63,511 nucleotides of DNA, filler included, from 6 parts of 6 records of this genome joined end to end with filler, not necessarily neighbours in it, one strand, 5' to 3'. Counted from the whole stretch's first letter, positions 52,248-63,435 are shown. Made by a program: numbers and translations. Notes: generated by a model not told the origin, from the letters alone.

Positions 52248-55200
52248 GAGCTACTCCCAGACATTCGTGCAGGAGTCGTATCACGACCTGGCTTCTTTTT
52301 CGACTTTTTTGTCGATTTGCTACCTGCCTTTTCCTTATCTTTCTTGCTTCTTTTTGACCTCTTGGTTTTCTTGGAAGACTTGTCCCGCTTCTCTTTCGTT
52401 GGGGTTGCTACTGGGGGTGATGTGGATGTGGGTGTGGCGGGTGAGGTTATGGCCGTCATCCTCCGAGGACGCGCCTCCTCTCTAATTCTGGTCAATGACC
52501 GCAAGCCTAGACCTCCCTCCATCAATCCTGTCCCCCTAGTAAAATCGAAATAATCATCGTCATCCTCCTCATCATCGTTGTCCGTGACGGCCTTAGAGTT
52601 ACCCGTAGTGGCAGTATGTTGCGTGGAATGTGGAGAAGAGAGTGGAAGTGGGTTCATGGAGGAGTGAGCCGTTGCTCCCAAAGCGGAGTTGTTGTTGTTG
52701 TTGATATTGCTACTATTATATTGGGGAACAGAGACAAATGCAGTGTAGGAGGGACTGATAGAGTGACGACGTTGGGCCTGTATGTGATGGGAAGTATTGT
52801 GCGCGTGTGTGCTTTGCGAGGATGTCTCGTTTTGTGGCGGCGGTGGGAACATACCAGTATCTAAAAACATAGAGCCGTTCAAGGCAGTATTCCCAAATCC
52901 ATTTTCACTTCCAGTATCGACTTGATTTTCATCATCGGAACCAACCGGAGTCATCAGGCCGAGTAGTGGGGGTTGATGTCCATGTATATCACCGCCCACC
53001 ATGGTCCCTATGGACCCGCCGCTTTGGCGCCTTGGTGCTGACAAGGATGGCAGTGGGGCATGCACTGGCGTACCTGCCTGCAAAGGGTTCTGTCCCGAAC
53101 TAATGCTGCCTCTACGGCCGCCCTCCGCAGTTCTAGGTAACACCGACGGACGGGGTGATCTATGGGGGTCGAGTAGTGGAGGAGGAGAAGCAAGAGGGGG
53201 AGGAGGGATGGCCTGAGGAGGAGGATGGTGATCAATATCTCGAACTTTAATTAAGGGGACGCTCTCAAATAGTGTTGTATCTAGGTAGCTTGGGTGGTAG
53301 CGAGGAGGTCGGCCCTGCACAGCACTTCCTTTTCTGCCAACATTCTGATAATTATCGTCTGGTGAGTTCTCACCACCACTGCCAATATCATGATCATCAT
53401 GATCCATATCATCAGCGAAACCTACAATTCGTAAGACGCGAGTAGATACAGATCGTGGAGCCTGTACTCCTGGAAATACCGACGTCATAGTGGAGGACAG
53501 CCCTCGACCACGACTCAATACACTATCATTCCTCACCGTCGAATTATTATTATTATTTTCGCTGGCAAGAGTAAAAGAGCCACCAATCCCTCCACTACCA
53601 TGTCGAGCGCTTGCCATGACACCCCCACCACCGACATAGGTAGGAAGTGGTGGGTTGCCGTTGCTTTGTAGCACGGATGAGGTGATTCCAGAGGGGACGG
53701 TGGACATCAAATGCCGGGATACTTCCACCTGCTTACCCCCTTTTGAAGATAACACCTCAGTCTGCATTGTATTGCCCACTAATACCCTCGTTTCTTGTGT
53801 CACAAGTGCCTGATTTGGTGCACCAAGACTAATGCACTTCTTTGCAAGGTCAACACCATCACCGCAGACAATATACTGTACACGCGCATACCCCACCGCC
53901 TTTCCCATAATGTCTCCCGTGTGCACTCCTGCTCGCAGCTGGAAGCTAGCCCCTCCCCCCACTACTAACCGTGTGGGAGGAGAGGAGGGACCGCTGATCG
54001 ATGCACCAGCACTTTGGGGCTGTGGTAGCTGATTATGGTGTGATACTGAGTGAGAGTTAGCTCCTGATGACGATGTTGTTAGTCCAGTATCAGGGGGAGG
54101 TTGGGGGTGCTGAGCGGAGGTGGAGAGGGAGTCACCACCACCTCGTACCGACATCGAGGCCTTGTATGTAAATGAGGTGCTAGAGTTGAAGTGGGCTGAT
54201 GCCATATTAGACGAGTTTACCCCTCCGGCAGTTATACTTTTGGCGGCATCCTCCAAGAACTCTTCGAGGCCCAATCCGGCAAAAATAGGTGTACAGAACT
54301 CCTTCTTGACTGCCGCGAATGCCATCTTACAACCTCGAAGGGGATGATCGTGAATTCCGGTGGTTAGATGATTGCAGGTAGCGATAAAGGAATCGCCACT
54401 AAATGCAATCTTCTCACACCCAAACTCCTCACTTAGAGCTGTAAGGGCAACATTAAGCCGCATAAGGGCCACGATGCCGGCTGCGGTAGGGGGTGGGAGT
54501 TGTTTTTCGGAGGGTAGAGAGTTGGAGAGGCGTTTTGGGGATGGTCGAGTGTTCTTGGAGGTGCTCCCATCCCCCCCTGACACACACAGGGATTCCTGCT
54601 GGGCAAGTGGATATCTACTTGAAGATTGGAAGTCAGCGGAGCCCCAGTCCACGTAACTATTAGCCCCTGAGACAAGCTCCCCACTGTACAGATCTCGCCC
54701 CTGGTACTCACCCGATGGGCGTCCAGGAAGGCGTTGTTGTTGAAAAATACTGCTGGAGTTGGCCACATCGATAATAATGCATGTGGCCCGCATCGACCCA
54801 CCACCACCTCCTCCTCCACGATATGTACCGCGGTTACCACTAGTAGGTAATAATCGTGTCTTTGTGCCAAAGATCTTCTGACGGATACCGACAGTTGTTA
54901 GCACCTCTACTTGCCTAAACAGCCTATCCTGCTCCCGCTTAAACGCATAAAAACGCTCCGATGAAAATACATACGCCTCGAATTCTAATCGCTGCTGTAA
55001 TTCCATCATGTAGTTCGCGGTTAGGTAGTAGATTCCCATGACGACTCCAGCAATATACACAGACGCCGTATGACGGGTGGAATCGTACGGATAGCGCATG
55101 TACGACGCGCCAAACACCATCATGGCAATAATGAACAACGAAAAAGAAAAGAAGAATCGACACTGGGATATGACAATGACGATGCAACATCCAAGAGTTC

Positions 55201-56593
55201 GGAAGGGGATGATGAGGGGGCAGAACTCCTCCCTAAACACCTCATCGCTCAGTGATGTCCATGCGAAGGACGCCCCCTTTGTTTTACAAAAGTCAAGCAT
55301 CATGAAGGTGGAGTAGTAGACGCAACACAAGAAAACAGCAATACTGGTCACAAAGATCGCCTCTGCTGTTCTTGCAGATGTAGTATCTCTGTTGTTTAGG
55401 TGGAACTGCTTCCCTCCTTCTAGACATATCAGCAATGCATACACTACCAACAATAGTATTGTAACAAAAGACCCAAGTCTCATGATGCCCTCGTCGTAGA
55501 AGGTGACGGTCTGAGCGAGGGCAAAATGTAGCAAAGTAACAGCAGATATGACCATAATGATGGCAATTTGCTTCCAATGAGATCTACGTAAATGACGAAT
55601 ATATTCCCCCTCCACAGATCTGTTTTTATAACACAAGAAAAACATGTGCCGTCGGTACGTTGTTTTCCTATCCCATCGGATAGAAGGATCGAAAACTGGG
55701 GGCTGGAAGGGAAGGACTCCAAGCTGACGATGGGCCTGTCGAAGTCGTTGATCTTCGCTTTGATATTTAGTTGAATGTGTGGTACTCTCCATTAGACCAC
55801 CACCTCCACCGCCACCCCCATTTGCGTGATTGTGATTATGATGGTGAGGCGACTCGGAATTATCTGAGACCATCGCAAACATATTGGATGCCGAGAAGCG
55901 GTAGCTTGTAGCCCCATTAGTATGCTGGAAATGGCTGTTTTCAGCAGAGGGGGAGTACTGCTGTGGATCTCCCCAAAGTTTAGATCTATCCCCCAGCTCG
56001 AAGGAAACCTCTACCCCTTGGCTTCGTCCCGCATCGCTTGTTGCACGAAATATGGGAATATGGTGAGGGTAGGGATCCTGGGCGGCACTGAAGCTAATGT
56101 TATTGGGGTCAGCCTCGGTGGAGAAGGGTTTATCGTCGTTGAACGAGACGCTGATGGGAGGGGAAGCTGCTGCTGAGGCTGTTCCTCCGCTAAAACCACC
56201 CCCACCACCCCCAACATCATTACCCGACCGTGAATGAACTCCACCACTACTCCCACCCACAGATGGCGATGATGTTGTTTTTCGGTGTAGACCTGGCATC
56301 GCCGAGGGGATGAATTGGACGAGTGGTGGAGCTGGAGAAGAGGGGAGGGAGGCTACGATGGAGGAAGAGGTATCATCAGCTGGTGAAAGGGCGGAATGAG
56401 TGGTAGGGATGTTATTGTGATTGTTGCTGGCGGGGTCGATATTTTGATTGGTGGGAGTCGTGTTGTTGTTATTGTTGTTGATATTGCTTGGCGAGGCGGT
56501 AGTGTCGTATCCCACTGCGGTTCCCTGGTTGTGAAGTGATGGTGCAGGGGGCGACTGGGACAGGGAGTAGCAACTGTTGGTTTTGTTTTCCAT
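52248..56593 (-). CDS. Eukaryotic multi-TM class III adenylate/guanylate cyclase, 3'-truncated
   Basis: About six TM helices, then split cyclase motifs CIIIDVA, CEKIAFSGDSFIA, LRAGVHTG...YIVCGDGVDLA...ALVTQET with low-complexity inserts. Confidence 0.78.
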
Positions 56594-56688
56594 AATGTTG
56601 TTTATATTGCTAAAGATGTAGTGTGTCTGTGTGTGTGAATGTTGGATAGAGGAGGTGTTTAATGATGACTCTCTAAACTGTTGTCTCC

Positions 56689-56727
56689 CTGTTGTGGAAG
56701 GAAGAATGAATAAATATAGGTGAAGAC
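56689..56727 (-). promoter_or_regulatory. Polypyrimidine tract plus AG; candidate trans-splice acceptor
   Basis: Minus strand TCTTCACCTATATTTATTCATTCTTCCTTCCACAACAG about 95 nt upstream of the cyclase ATG. Confidence 0.45.
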
Positions 56728-57041
56728 TATATGGATATGCCTTTTATATTTATTGTTCCCACGCGCAGCTTTTTAATTAAAAGTGTCAGCTGGATATTGG
56801 GGATGAATTGGGTGTTTTTCCTTTGAAAACTGTGTGGGATGAAAATATATGATCAGACAGCTCACTTCACGGACAAAATAAAACAAAGGTCTAGATCCTC
56901 AAAATCAAGAAAAGTAAAGATACAGAAATGATAATGTGTGAAAGTGTACAAATTGTTTGGTGGAGAAAATCCCTTCGGATACATATCATGTTGTGACAAT
57001 ATTATATGTATCCCAGAGTAGTGGATGATCCAATACAATAA

Positions 57042-57638
57042 TTAGTGGTAGTATCGTATTTCTCGCTCAATAGCCCCAAAGCACATCCGTGCACTAGTAA
57101 ACGTAGGGAATACAAATGTAATGTACACACTCGCTGTACCACCCCCATCATAATCAGCATTGGTACCGGTCCCTTGAAGTAGAAGGGATTGGAAGGGCTG
57201 TGGGAGCTTGGTATTATTGCCTACGCCACCTCCTCCTCCTCCTGCCACTAGGGATATTGGTAGTCGTAACAGGTAGCATCCGTGACAGGGAGCCCCCCTT
57301 ACACCCTCACCCCCATCACTACCACCATGATGACCCTCATCAGAATCATCCCCAATACTTGCAGAGAATAGCTGTGGATTTAGGGAGATGAGCTCGTGTA
57401 GGGAGATGCGGGTAATGGGGACATAGTAGCGGCCTTGGGTAATTAAGCCTCTTGTCGACGAATTGGGTGATGGGGAGTACACAGAGAGGTTGGGGTCGGT
57501 GGATCCACTTTTGGATGTTACTGATGATGATGCTTCTCTCCCCCATAGCGTCCTAGGAGCTACAGCCATAACTCGCACATCGGATACATCACCATCACCA
57601 CCACTACGACCATCCACTACAGTAGATACGGTAGTAAT
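57042..57638 (-). CDS. Eukaryotic hypothetical protein, C-terminal fragment
   Basis: Frame runs from the contig edge to the stop at 57042; same strand and composition as the cyclase gene. Confidence 0.55.
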   Translation of the reverse strand: MTTVSTVVDGRSGGDGDVSDVRVMAVAPRTLWGREASSSVTSKSGSTDPNLSVYSPSPNSSTRGLITQGRYYVPITRISLHELISLNPQLFSASIGDDSDEGHHGGSDGGEGVRGAPCHGCYLLRLPISLVAGGGGGGVGNNTKLPQPFQSLLLQGTGTNADYDGGGTASVYITFVFPTFTSARMCFGAIEREIRYYH

Positions 57639-57738
57639 NNNNNNNNNNNNNNNNNNNNNNNNNNNNNNNNNNNNNNNNNNNNTTAATTAATTAANNNNNN
57701 NNNNNNNNNNNNNNNNNNNNNNNNNNNNNNNNNNNNNN
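57639..57738. other. Artificial contig spacer
   Basis: N44-TTAATTAATTAA-N44. Confidence 0.99.
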
Positions 57739-57917
57739 ATTACTCATCACTTGCGGGTCTTTTCTATTTTGTCGTCTGCGGGAAATCTTGTGCTGCGGCT
57801 TCTATCACAGCCTGCTGCCTGTGCCGATTAAAATCGCATATTTGCGCTATGTTGCATAGGAGCATTGCTGCGCAACAGCCATGTCCTTGCATTACGCAGT
57901 GTTGCTGTCACTCTCTA

Positions 57918-58706
57918 TCAGGCGACGGTGATGCAGACCCCTGCCTGTTCAAAGGCATCATTGATGTGGGGCGGTGGGATCATGTCGGTAACGAAATCAC
58001 TGAAATCCGTGGTTTCGGCAATTCGCATGAAGGGATGGGCTTGGAATTTCGATTGATCCGCAATCAGGATGCTGTGCCGTGACGAGCGGATCGCTGCATT
58101 CTTGATCGCGACTTTTTGCCTGTCATGATCGAGCGGGGTGCCATTTTTATCAAAACCCGAACACCCGATCACGCAGTAATCAAAGGCAAAGCGTCGAATG
58201 GCTGCGGGGGCGTCGTTGCTGACCAAGGATCCGTCGCTGCCATATATAAGGCCACCGATAACGTGAATCTCCTGATGCGATTGCGCCGAGGCGATTGAAG
58301 CGCACAGCAAGCTGTTGGTCACCAGTCGCAGGTTACGATGTTTACCAAGGGCACGAGCAAGGGCTTCGACCGTGGTGCCGACATCAAGAAATACAGATGC
58401 CCCGTTCGGGATCATGCGTGCTGCACGCTCTCCGATACGTTGTTTGGCTTCTGGCGAAAGGCGGTTTTTCTGTTCATGCCCCAGACGGACCATGCTGTTG
58501 GGCAGGCCTGCGCCGCCATGAAAACGTTGCAAAAATCCCTGTTTGCTGAGATCGATGACATCGCGACGAATGGTTTGTGTCGACACGTCAAAAATGTCGG
58601 CCAAAGCTTCAAGAGTTGCAAATCCCTGATCACGGATGATGTGAAGGATTTCATTTTGTCTGGGGCTCAGATCGACTGGAATATCGTGCGTCGTCGGCGA
58701 TGTCAT
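57918..58706 (-). CDS. DeoR/GlpR-family transcriptional regulator
   Basis: VSTQTIRRD HTH, RFHGGA, FLDVGTT, VTNS, ADQSKF. Confidence 0.92.
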   Translation of the reverse strand: MTSPTTHDIPVDLSPRQNEILHIIRDQGFATLEALADIFDVSTQTIRRDVIDLSKQGFLQRFHGGAGLPNSMVRLGHEQKNRLSPEAKQRIGERAARMIPNGASVFLDVGTTVEALARALGKHRNLRLVTNSLLCASIASAQSHQEIHVIGGLIYGSDGSLVSNDAPAAIRRFAFDYCVIGCSGFDKNGTPLDHDRQKVAIKNAAIRSSRHSILIADQSKFQAHPFMRIAETTDFSDFVTDMIPPPHINDAFEQAGVCITVA

Positions 58707-58796
58707 TCTTCTGCCTTGTAATCTTTTCTGGTTTCGAATTGTAAATTAGTTTACATAACGGGCCAGTTTATTGCGATGGAAAAAGGATATTGCAAC

Positions 58797-59450
58797 ATGC
58801 AATTGCATATTGATACGGGAAACTCTGTCCTGCGCTGTGCGGGCAAAGTATTTGATCCTTGGACACTTTGCTGGAAAGCTCGGGACTATGAGGTCGCCGG
58901 TTTGGTTGCGATATCCGAGGTGAACTTACAGGCGGTTACCCCACAAGAGGCTGTGCGCTGGTTGTTTCAGAATCAAAAAGTGCGTCAGGTTCCGGTTGCG
59001 GTCATTGGCGCAAAGATTGCTAGTGACGCTGAGTGCGCGGATGCCGAAGCGCTGGGGAAGGGGTTGGCTGAAATTGGCTATACCCTGCTGACTGGCGGGC
59101 GCACTGGTGTTATGGAAGCCGCGTCACGCGGGGCTTATGAGGCGGGGGGGCTGGTCCTTGGTCTGTTGCCCGGTGATGAGTTCGAGACGGCAAATCCATA
59201 TGTCACAATCCCGTTGGCAACCGGTATTGGTCCGACGCGTAATTCCGTTATTGCAAGGTCCGCACGGCTTTTGATTGCTGTGGGCGGTGGATATGGCACG
59301 ATCACGGAAATGGCTTATGGACTGCATTATGATCGTCCTGTTTTCGCTCTGCCCAGTGCGCCTGTTGTGCCCGGCGTCGTGCGTTGCGAGGATGTCGATG
59401 CTGTTTTGTCAAAGATCGCCAGTGCATTTTTGGGGCTGGGTGTGAATTGA
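58797..59450 (+). CDS. LOG-superfamily (TIGR00725-like) protein with N-terminal extension
   Basis: VAVIG, TGGRTGVMEAASRGA, ANPYV..PLATG.G..RN, GGGYGTITE; ATG 58797 has an AAAGGA RBS. Confidence 0.82.
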   Translation: MQLHIDTGNSVLRCAGKVFDPWTLCWKARDYEVAGLVAISEVNLQAVTPQEAVRWLFQNQKVRQVPVAVIGAKIASDAECADAEALGKGLAEIGYTLLTGGRTGVMEAASRGAYEAGGLVLGLLPGDEFETANPYVTIPLATGIGPTRNSVIARSARLLIAVGGGYGTITEMAYGLHYDRPVFALPSAPVVPGVVRCEDVDAVLSKIASAFLGLGVN

Positions 59451-59606
59451 TAGGTGCGGCGATTTTTGTGTTCGCAAATGTCATTAAACTTACATTTGTG
59501 TAAATTTTCAGACTCGCATAGCTTGGCCCTCGGACGATGTTCGGTGGGCCATTTTTTTGGCCGCGATATCGTTTCCCTTCTAGTCTTGCCACTCTGGAAT
59601 TTTTTT

Positions 59607-60392
59607 ATGGGTCTGGTGACTTTTTTATATTGTTTGTATCTGGTGACACCGATTCTTCTGTTGGTGGTAGGGTCATTTGGCACGAGCTGGACCAACAGCC
59701 TGCTGCCCAGCGGTATGACATTCGATTGGTACCTTGAGGTCGCCGGGGATTCCAGTTTTCAGCGAGCCTTTCTGACCAGTTTGCAGGTCGTTGTTGCTAC
59801 ATGTGTTATCAACGTTCTGCTTGGGGTGCCGTTTGCTTACGCTGTGTTTTCGGCAGCTAACCGTGGCATTCGACTGGCCGCGCGTATTTTCACCTTATTG
59901 CCCGTTGCTGTACCTGAGCTTGTCTTGGGTTTTGGATTTATTATCGTATTTTCAAGCAATTATACCCCTTGGCTCGGTACGACCTGGCTTCTGGTCTGTG
60001 CGCATGTGGTGTTGACGCTGCCATATCTGGTGGGAACCCTCCTTGGGGATATGGATCGGCTTGGTATTGCTGGAATGGAAAGGGTCGCCGAAACGCTTGG
60101 TGCAGGTTTCTGGCAGCGTTTTCGCGATATCGTTATCCCCTCGCTCCGCTACAGCCTCTTGTCCGGTCTGATGATGGTTACAGCGATTTCCATTGGTGAA
60201 TTCCAGATTTCCAACCTTGTGGCGGGCTTTCTTTCGCGAACCTATCCGGTTGTCCTGTTGCAGGCATTTTATGGTGCGACCGGGTTGGCTTGTGCGGCCA
60301 CGGTGGTTTTGATCTTTCTTGCCTTGATGGCGGCATGTGCCAGTGCTGCCGGGGCGCATTTCTCACATTTTCGTCAAAAGGCACGCCCATGA
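59607..60392 (+). CDS. ABC transporter permease (PotC/FbpB-like); start uncertain
   Basis: LPVAVP, EAA-like ERVAETLGA, SIGEF; ATGA overlap with the ATPase. Confidence 0.85.
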   Translation: MGLVTFLYCLYLVTPILLLVVGSFGTSWTNSLLPSGMTFDWYLEVAGDSSFQRAFLTSLQVVVATCVINVLLGVPFAYAVFSAANRGIRLAARIFTLLPVAVPELVLGFGFIIVFSSNYTPWLGTTWLLVCAHVVLTLPYLVGTLLGDMDRLGIAGMERVAETLGAGFWQRFRDIVIPSLRYSLLSGLMMVTAISIGEFQISNLVAGFLSRTYPVVLLQAFYGATGLACAATVVLIFLALMAACASAAGAHFSHFRQKARP

Positions 60393-61441
60393 CCATCCGT
60401 TTTGAAAATGTCACCTATCGTTATGCGGATGGCAAAGGCGGTCTTACTGATATCAATTTTGATGTCAAAACCGGAGAACTGCTGGCGGTGATCGGTCCCT
60501 CCGGTTCCGGGAAGAGTACGCTTTTGAAGCTTCTCGCCGGATTTATGGACCCGCAGCAGGGACGCATTGAGATCAGCGGTCGCGATATGAAAGGTGTTGC
60601 TGCACGGCATCGTGATCTTGGTATTGTGTTTCAGTCCTACGCCCTGTTCCCGCACATGACGGTGCTTGAAAACATAGCCTACCCGCTTCAGCTTCGCCGT
60701 GTTGCACGCGATGAACGAATTGAGCGCGCATGCAAAGCCTTGCAGGAGGTCGGTCTGGCTCATGCCGGTGATCGCCTGCCCGCGACCCTTTCTGGAGGGC
60801 AGCAGCAGCGTGTTGCGCTTGCACGTGCGCTTGTCTATCAGCCAAAGGCGCTTTTGCTTGATGAACCGTTGTCAGCGCTTGATGCTTCTTTGCGTGGCGA
60901 GATGCGTGATCTGATTACCCATATCCAGCGCACGGCCAACATCGCTGCGATCCTTGTTACTCACGATCAGGAAGAAGCCTTGTCCATGGCAGACAGGGTC
61001 GCCGTCATTCATGAAGGCAGTTTGCTTCAGCTTGCCGCGCCGCGTGATCTTTACGACAATCCGGTTGATAAAACAGTCGCCGCCTTTGTCGGCAAGGCCA
61101 ATCTGTGGCCGGGCAAAGTGCTGTGCCCCAACCGGGTGTTGACCGAGCTTGGCGAAGTCGTCTGTAACGCAGAGGATTGGCAAGTCGGCGCATCCGTGAC
61201 GCTGCTTGTTCGCCCCGAAGCCGTTATGCCGGTGATCAGTGCGCACTCCGCCGCAGAGGGTGGGACGCATCATAGCGTAAATTATTTCCAAGGTGATCTT
61301 GTTCAGGACAGGTTCCTTGGCGCAGTACGTCGATACGACATTGCCCTTGGAGACCAGATCATAACTGGTGAAACAGGATATCGTGGCACTGTTGCGGGTG
61401 TCTCGATTGCTCCGGACCAGGTTCGGATTCTTCGCTCATAG
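60389..61441 (+). CDS. ABC transporter ATPase (PotA/FbpC-like)
   Basis: GPSGSGKS, FQSYALFPH, LSGGQQQR, VTHDQEEA; C-terminal TOBE region. Confidence 0.92.
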   Translation: MTIRFENVTYRYADGKGGLTDINFDVKTGELLAVIGPSGSGKSTLLKLLAGFMDPQQGRIEISGRDMKGVAARHRDLGIVFQSYALFPHMTVLENIAYPLQLRRVARDERIERACKALQEVGLAHAGDRLPATLSGGQQQRVALARALVYQPKALLLDEPLSALDASLRGEMRDLITHIQRTANIAAILVTHDQEEALSMADRVAVIHEGSLLQLAAPRDLYDNPVDKTVAAFVGKANLWPGKVLCPNRVLTELGEVVCNAEDWQVGASVTLLVRPEAVMPVISAHSAAEGGTHHSVNYFQGDLVQDRFLGAVRRYDIALGDQIITGETGYRGTVAGVSIAPDQVRILRS

Positions 61442-61478
61442 TCCATTCCGATATCCCCCCCCCTCAAGGAGACATTCG

Positions 61479-62549
61479 ATGAATTTCAAGTTCAAGGCGG
61501 CGCTGGTTGCTGCTCTATCTCTTGCGCCGTTTACCGCCAGCGCCTTTGACGGGCCTGAGCTTTATGATGGTGAACAGGCCCTTTATGAAAAAGCGCAGGA
61601 AGAAGGTCTTATTGTATCATTTGATACCGGGCCGACCTGGGCAAACTGGTCATCACAATTCAAGAATTTCAAGGCCCGCTATCCGGGGGTTGAAATGGTC
61701 TATAACGATCTAGGCTCGGCTGCGACTGTTGTTGCGCTGGACAAGTCGCGCAATCGTCCGCAAGCCGATACTGCCTATTACTTTGCCGGTTCTGCACTTG
61801 ATGCGGTTGCCAAGGATGTCGTTGCGCCGTTTGAGCCTGTCAATTTTGACAAGCTGCCGGATGAGCTTCGTGAGAAAGACGGAAAATGGTTTACCGTTCA
61901 CAAGCTCAATATTGCATTTCTGGTAAACAAAAAGCTGGTCAAAGAAACGCCGGAAAGCTGGGCTGATCTTCTGAAATCCGAATACAAGAATTCGATTGTC
62001 TATCTTGATCCGCGCTCGACTGGTCAGGGGCAGGTTGTTGTTTTTGGTGCAGCATTTGGCAACGGCGGCGATATGGATAACATTCAGCCGGGTATCGATT
62101 ATCTTGCGCGTCTGCATAACAGCGGCAATGTCCTGCGCACCGTCGGGACGACGCCCTATGCGCAGTTTCTCAAAGGCGAAATTCCGATCTGGATTGGATA
62201 TGAAAATGATGGCTTGAAAGCGAAATACAAGGACGGCATGGGGGATGACATAGATGTCGTCATCCCGAAAGAAGCATCGGCGGCTGCGCCTTATGCGATC
62301 AGCATGGTTAAAAACGGTCCGAACCCTTCGTCTGCAAAGCTTTGGCTCAACTACATCATGACAGATGAGGGCCAGGCTACCTTTGCCGAAGGATATGTCC
62401 GTCCGTCGGTTCCAGGTGTCAAGCTGTCTCCGGAAGTGGCTGATAAAATGCCCGACGCCCCTCAGATTCGCCCGATTGATATCGTCAAGGCGACTGCGCT
62501 GAAGGCGGATATTGATACCGGTTGGTCCAAGGCCGTTCTTGGTGATTGA
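61479..62549 (+). CDS. ABC transporter substrate-binding protein (PotD/AfuA-like)
   Basis: Signal peptide, AAGGAG RBS, PESWADLL, DPRSTG. Confidence 0.88.
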   Translation: MNFKFKAALVAALSLAPFTASAFDGPELYDGEQALYEKAQEEGLIVSFDTGPTWANWSSQFKNFKARYPGVEMVYNDLGSAATVVALDKSRNRPQADTAYYFAGSALDAVAKDVVAPFEPVNFDKLPDELREKDGKWFTVHKLNIAFLVNKKLVKETPESWADLLKSEYKNSIVYLDPRSTGQGQVVVFGAAFGNGGDMDNIQPGIDYLARLHNSGNVLRTVGTTPYAQFLKGEIPIWIGYENDGLKAKYKDGMGDDIDVVIPKEASAAAPYAISMVKNGPNPSSAKLWLNYIMTDEGQATFAEGYVRPSVPGVKLSPEVADKMPDAPQIRPIDIVKATALKADIDTGWSKAVLGD

Positions 62550-62589
62550 CTGAGTTTCTAACGCAATAAAAAGACCTGAAAAGCGGAGA

Positions 62590-63435
62590 ATGAAGATAAT
62601 GGTTGGACGTCACAAGAGCACGTTGCTCTGGCTTGCATTACCGGCAACGGTGTTTCTCGGTGCGTTCTTCATTTTGCCGCTGGTTTTCGTGGTTGCTGAC
62701 TCGCTCTCGGATGGTGGCTCTGCCTATGGCAGGGTCGCCTCCGATCCCGTTTTCTGGGCCGGGTTGCGTGGCAGTCTGGTGATCGGATTGGCGGCACCGC
62801 TCTTTTCTTTGATCGTGGGCTATTTCGTCTCTTTGCATCTGTCGCAAAAATCAGAACGGTTTCGCTCAGCTTTGATGTTTCTGATCTCGCTGCCGCTGAC
62901 GTTTTCCGGGCTGATTATTGCTTATGGATTTATTCTGACCTTTGGCAGGGCGGGATTTGTTACAATGCTTTTGGCGGAAGTCGGGGCTGAGCCTTCTGTT
63001 GTTGGCGGATTTATTTTCTCGCCAATCGGCTTAGGATTTGCCTACTCATACTATCTGATACCGCGGGTAGTGATGATCTTGTTGCCACCACTTATAAATT
63101 TCGACCGAAGCCAGATTCAGGCGGCAAAGACTATGGGGGCATCAGGTTTTCGGGCGCATGTTGATGTTTTGGTGCCCCAACTTGTACCGGGTTTTGTCTC
63201 GGCATTCTGTCTTACATCGGCGGTGGCGTTTGGTGCGTACGGTACGGCGTTAGCTCTGGTTGGGACTCAAGTAAATATCCTGCCTCTGGTGCTCTACTCC
63301 AAAATTGCGGAAACGGGCAGTGATTTGCCTGCTGCATCGGCGATTTCAGTTGTTTTGATGTCGATTTGTGTACTGGTGATTTCGGTCGCGGAAACGGTCA
63401 CTACGGAAAAGAAGCCTGCGCGCATGGATGCATAG
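62590..63435 (+). CDS. ABC transporter permease (PotB-like)
   Basis: Multiple TMs; QAAKTMGA EAA loop. Confidence 0.88.
   Translation: MKIMVGRHKSTLLWLALPATVFLGAFFILPLVFVVADSLSDGGSAYGRVASDPVFWAGLRGSLVIGLAAPLFSLIVGYFVSLHLSQKSERFRSALMFLISLPLTFSGLIIAYGFILTFGRAGFVTMLLAEVGAEPSVVGGFIFSPIGLGFAYSYYLIPRVVMILLPPLINFDRSQIQAAKTMGASGFRAHVDVLVPQLVPGFVSAFCLTSAVAFGAYGTALALVGTQVNILPLVLYSKIAETGSDLPAASAISVVLMSICVLVISVAETVTTEKKPARMDA

Noticed and set aside
43882-57638. (AAC)n, (GGT)n and similar short repeats as arrays or CRISPR
   Set aside because: In-frame codon runs for poly-N/G/T tracts; no repeat-spacer periodicity or cas genes seen anywhere in the window
18040-57738. Five repeats of TTAATTAATTAA within N runs, and ORFs running into them
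   Set aside because: Identical 100-bp artificial joins; adjacency across them has no biological meaning and the X-containing ORF ends are artefacts
58740-58755. NifA upstream activator site (TGT-N10-ACA)
   Set aside because: No nif genes or evident sigma-54 promoter nearby; a local DeoR operator is the simpler explanation
61455-61463. C9 tract before the SBP RBS as a phase-variation switch
   Set aside because: Intergenic and upstream of the RBS once the start is placed at 61479; a length change would not shift any frame
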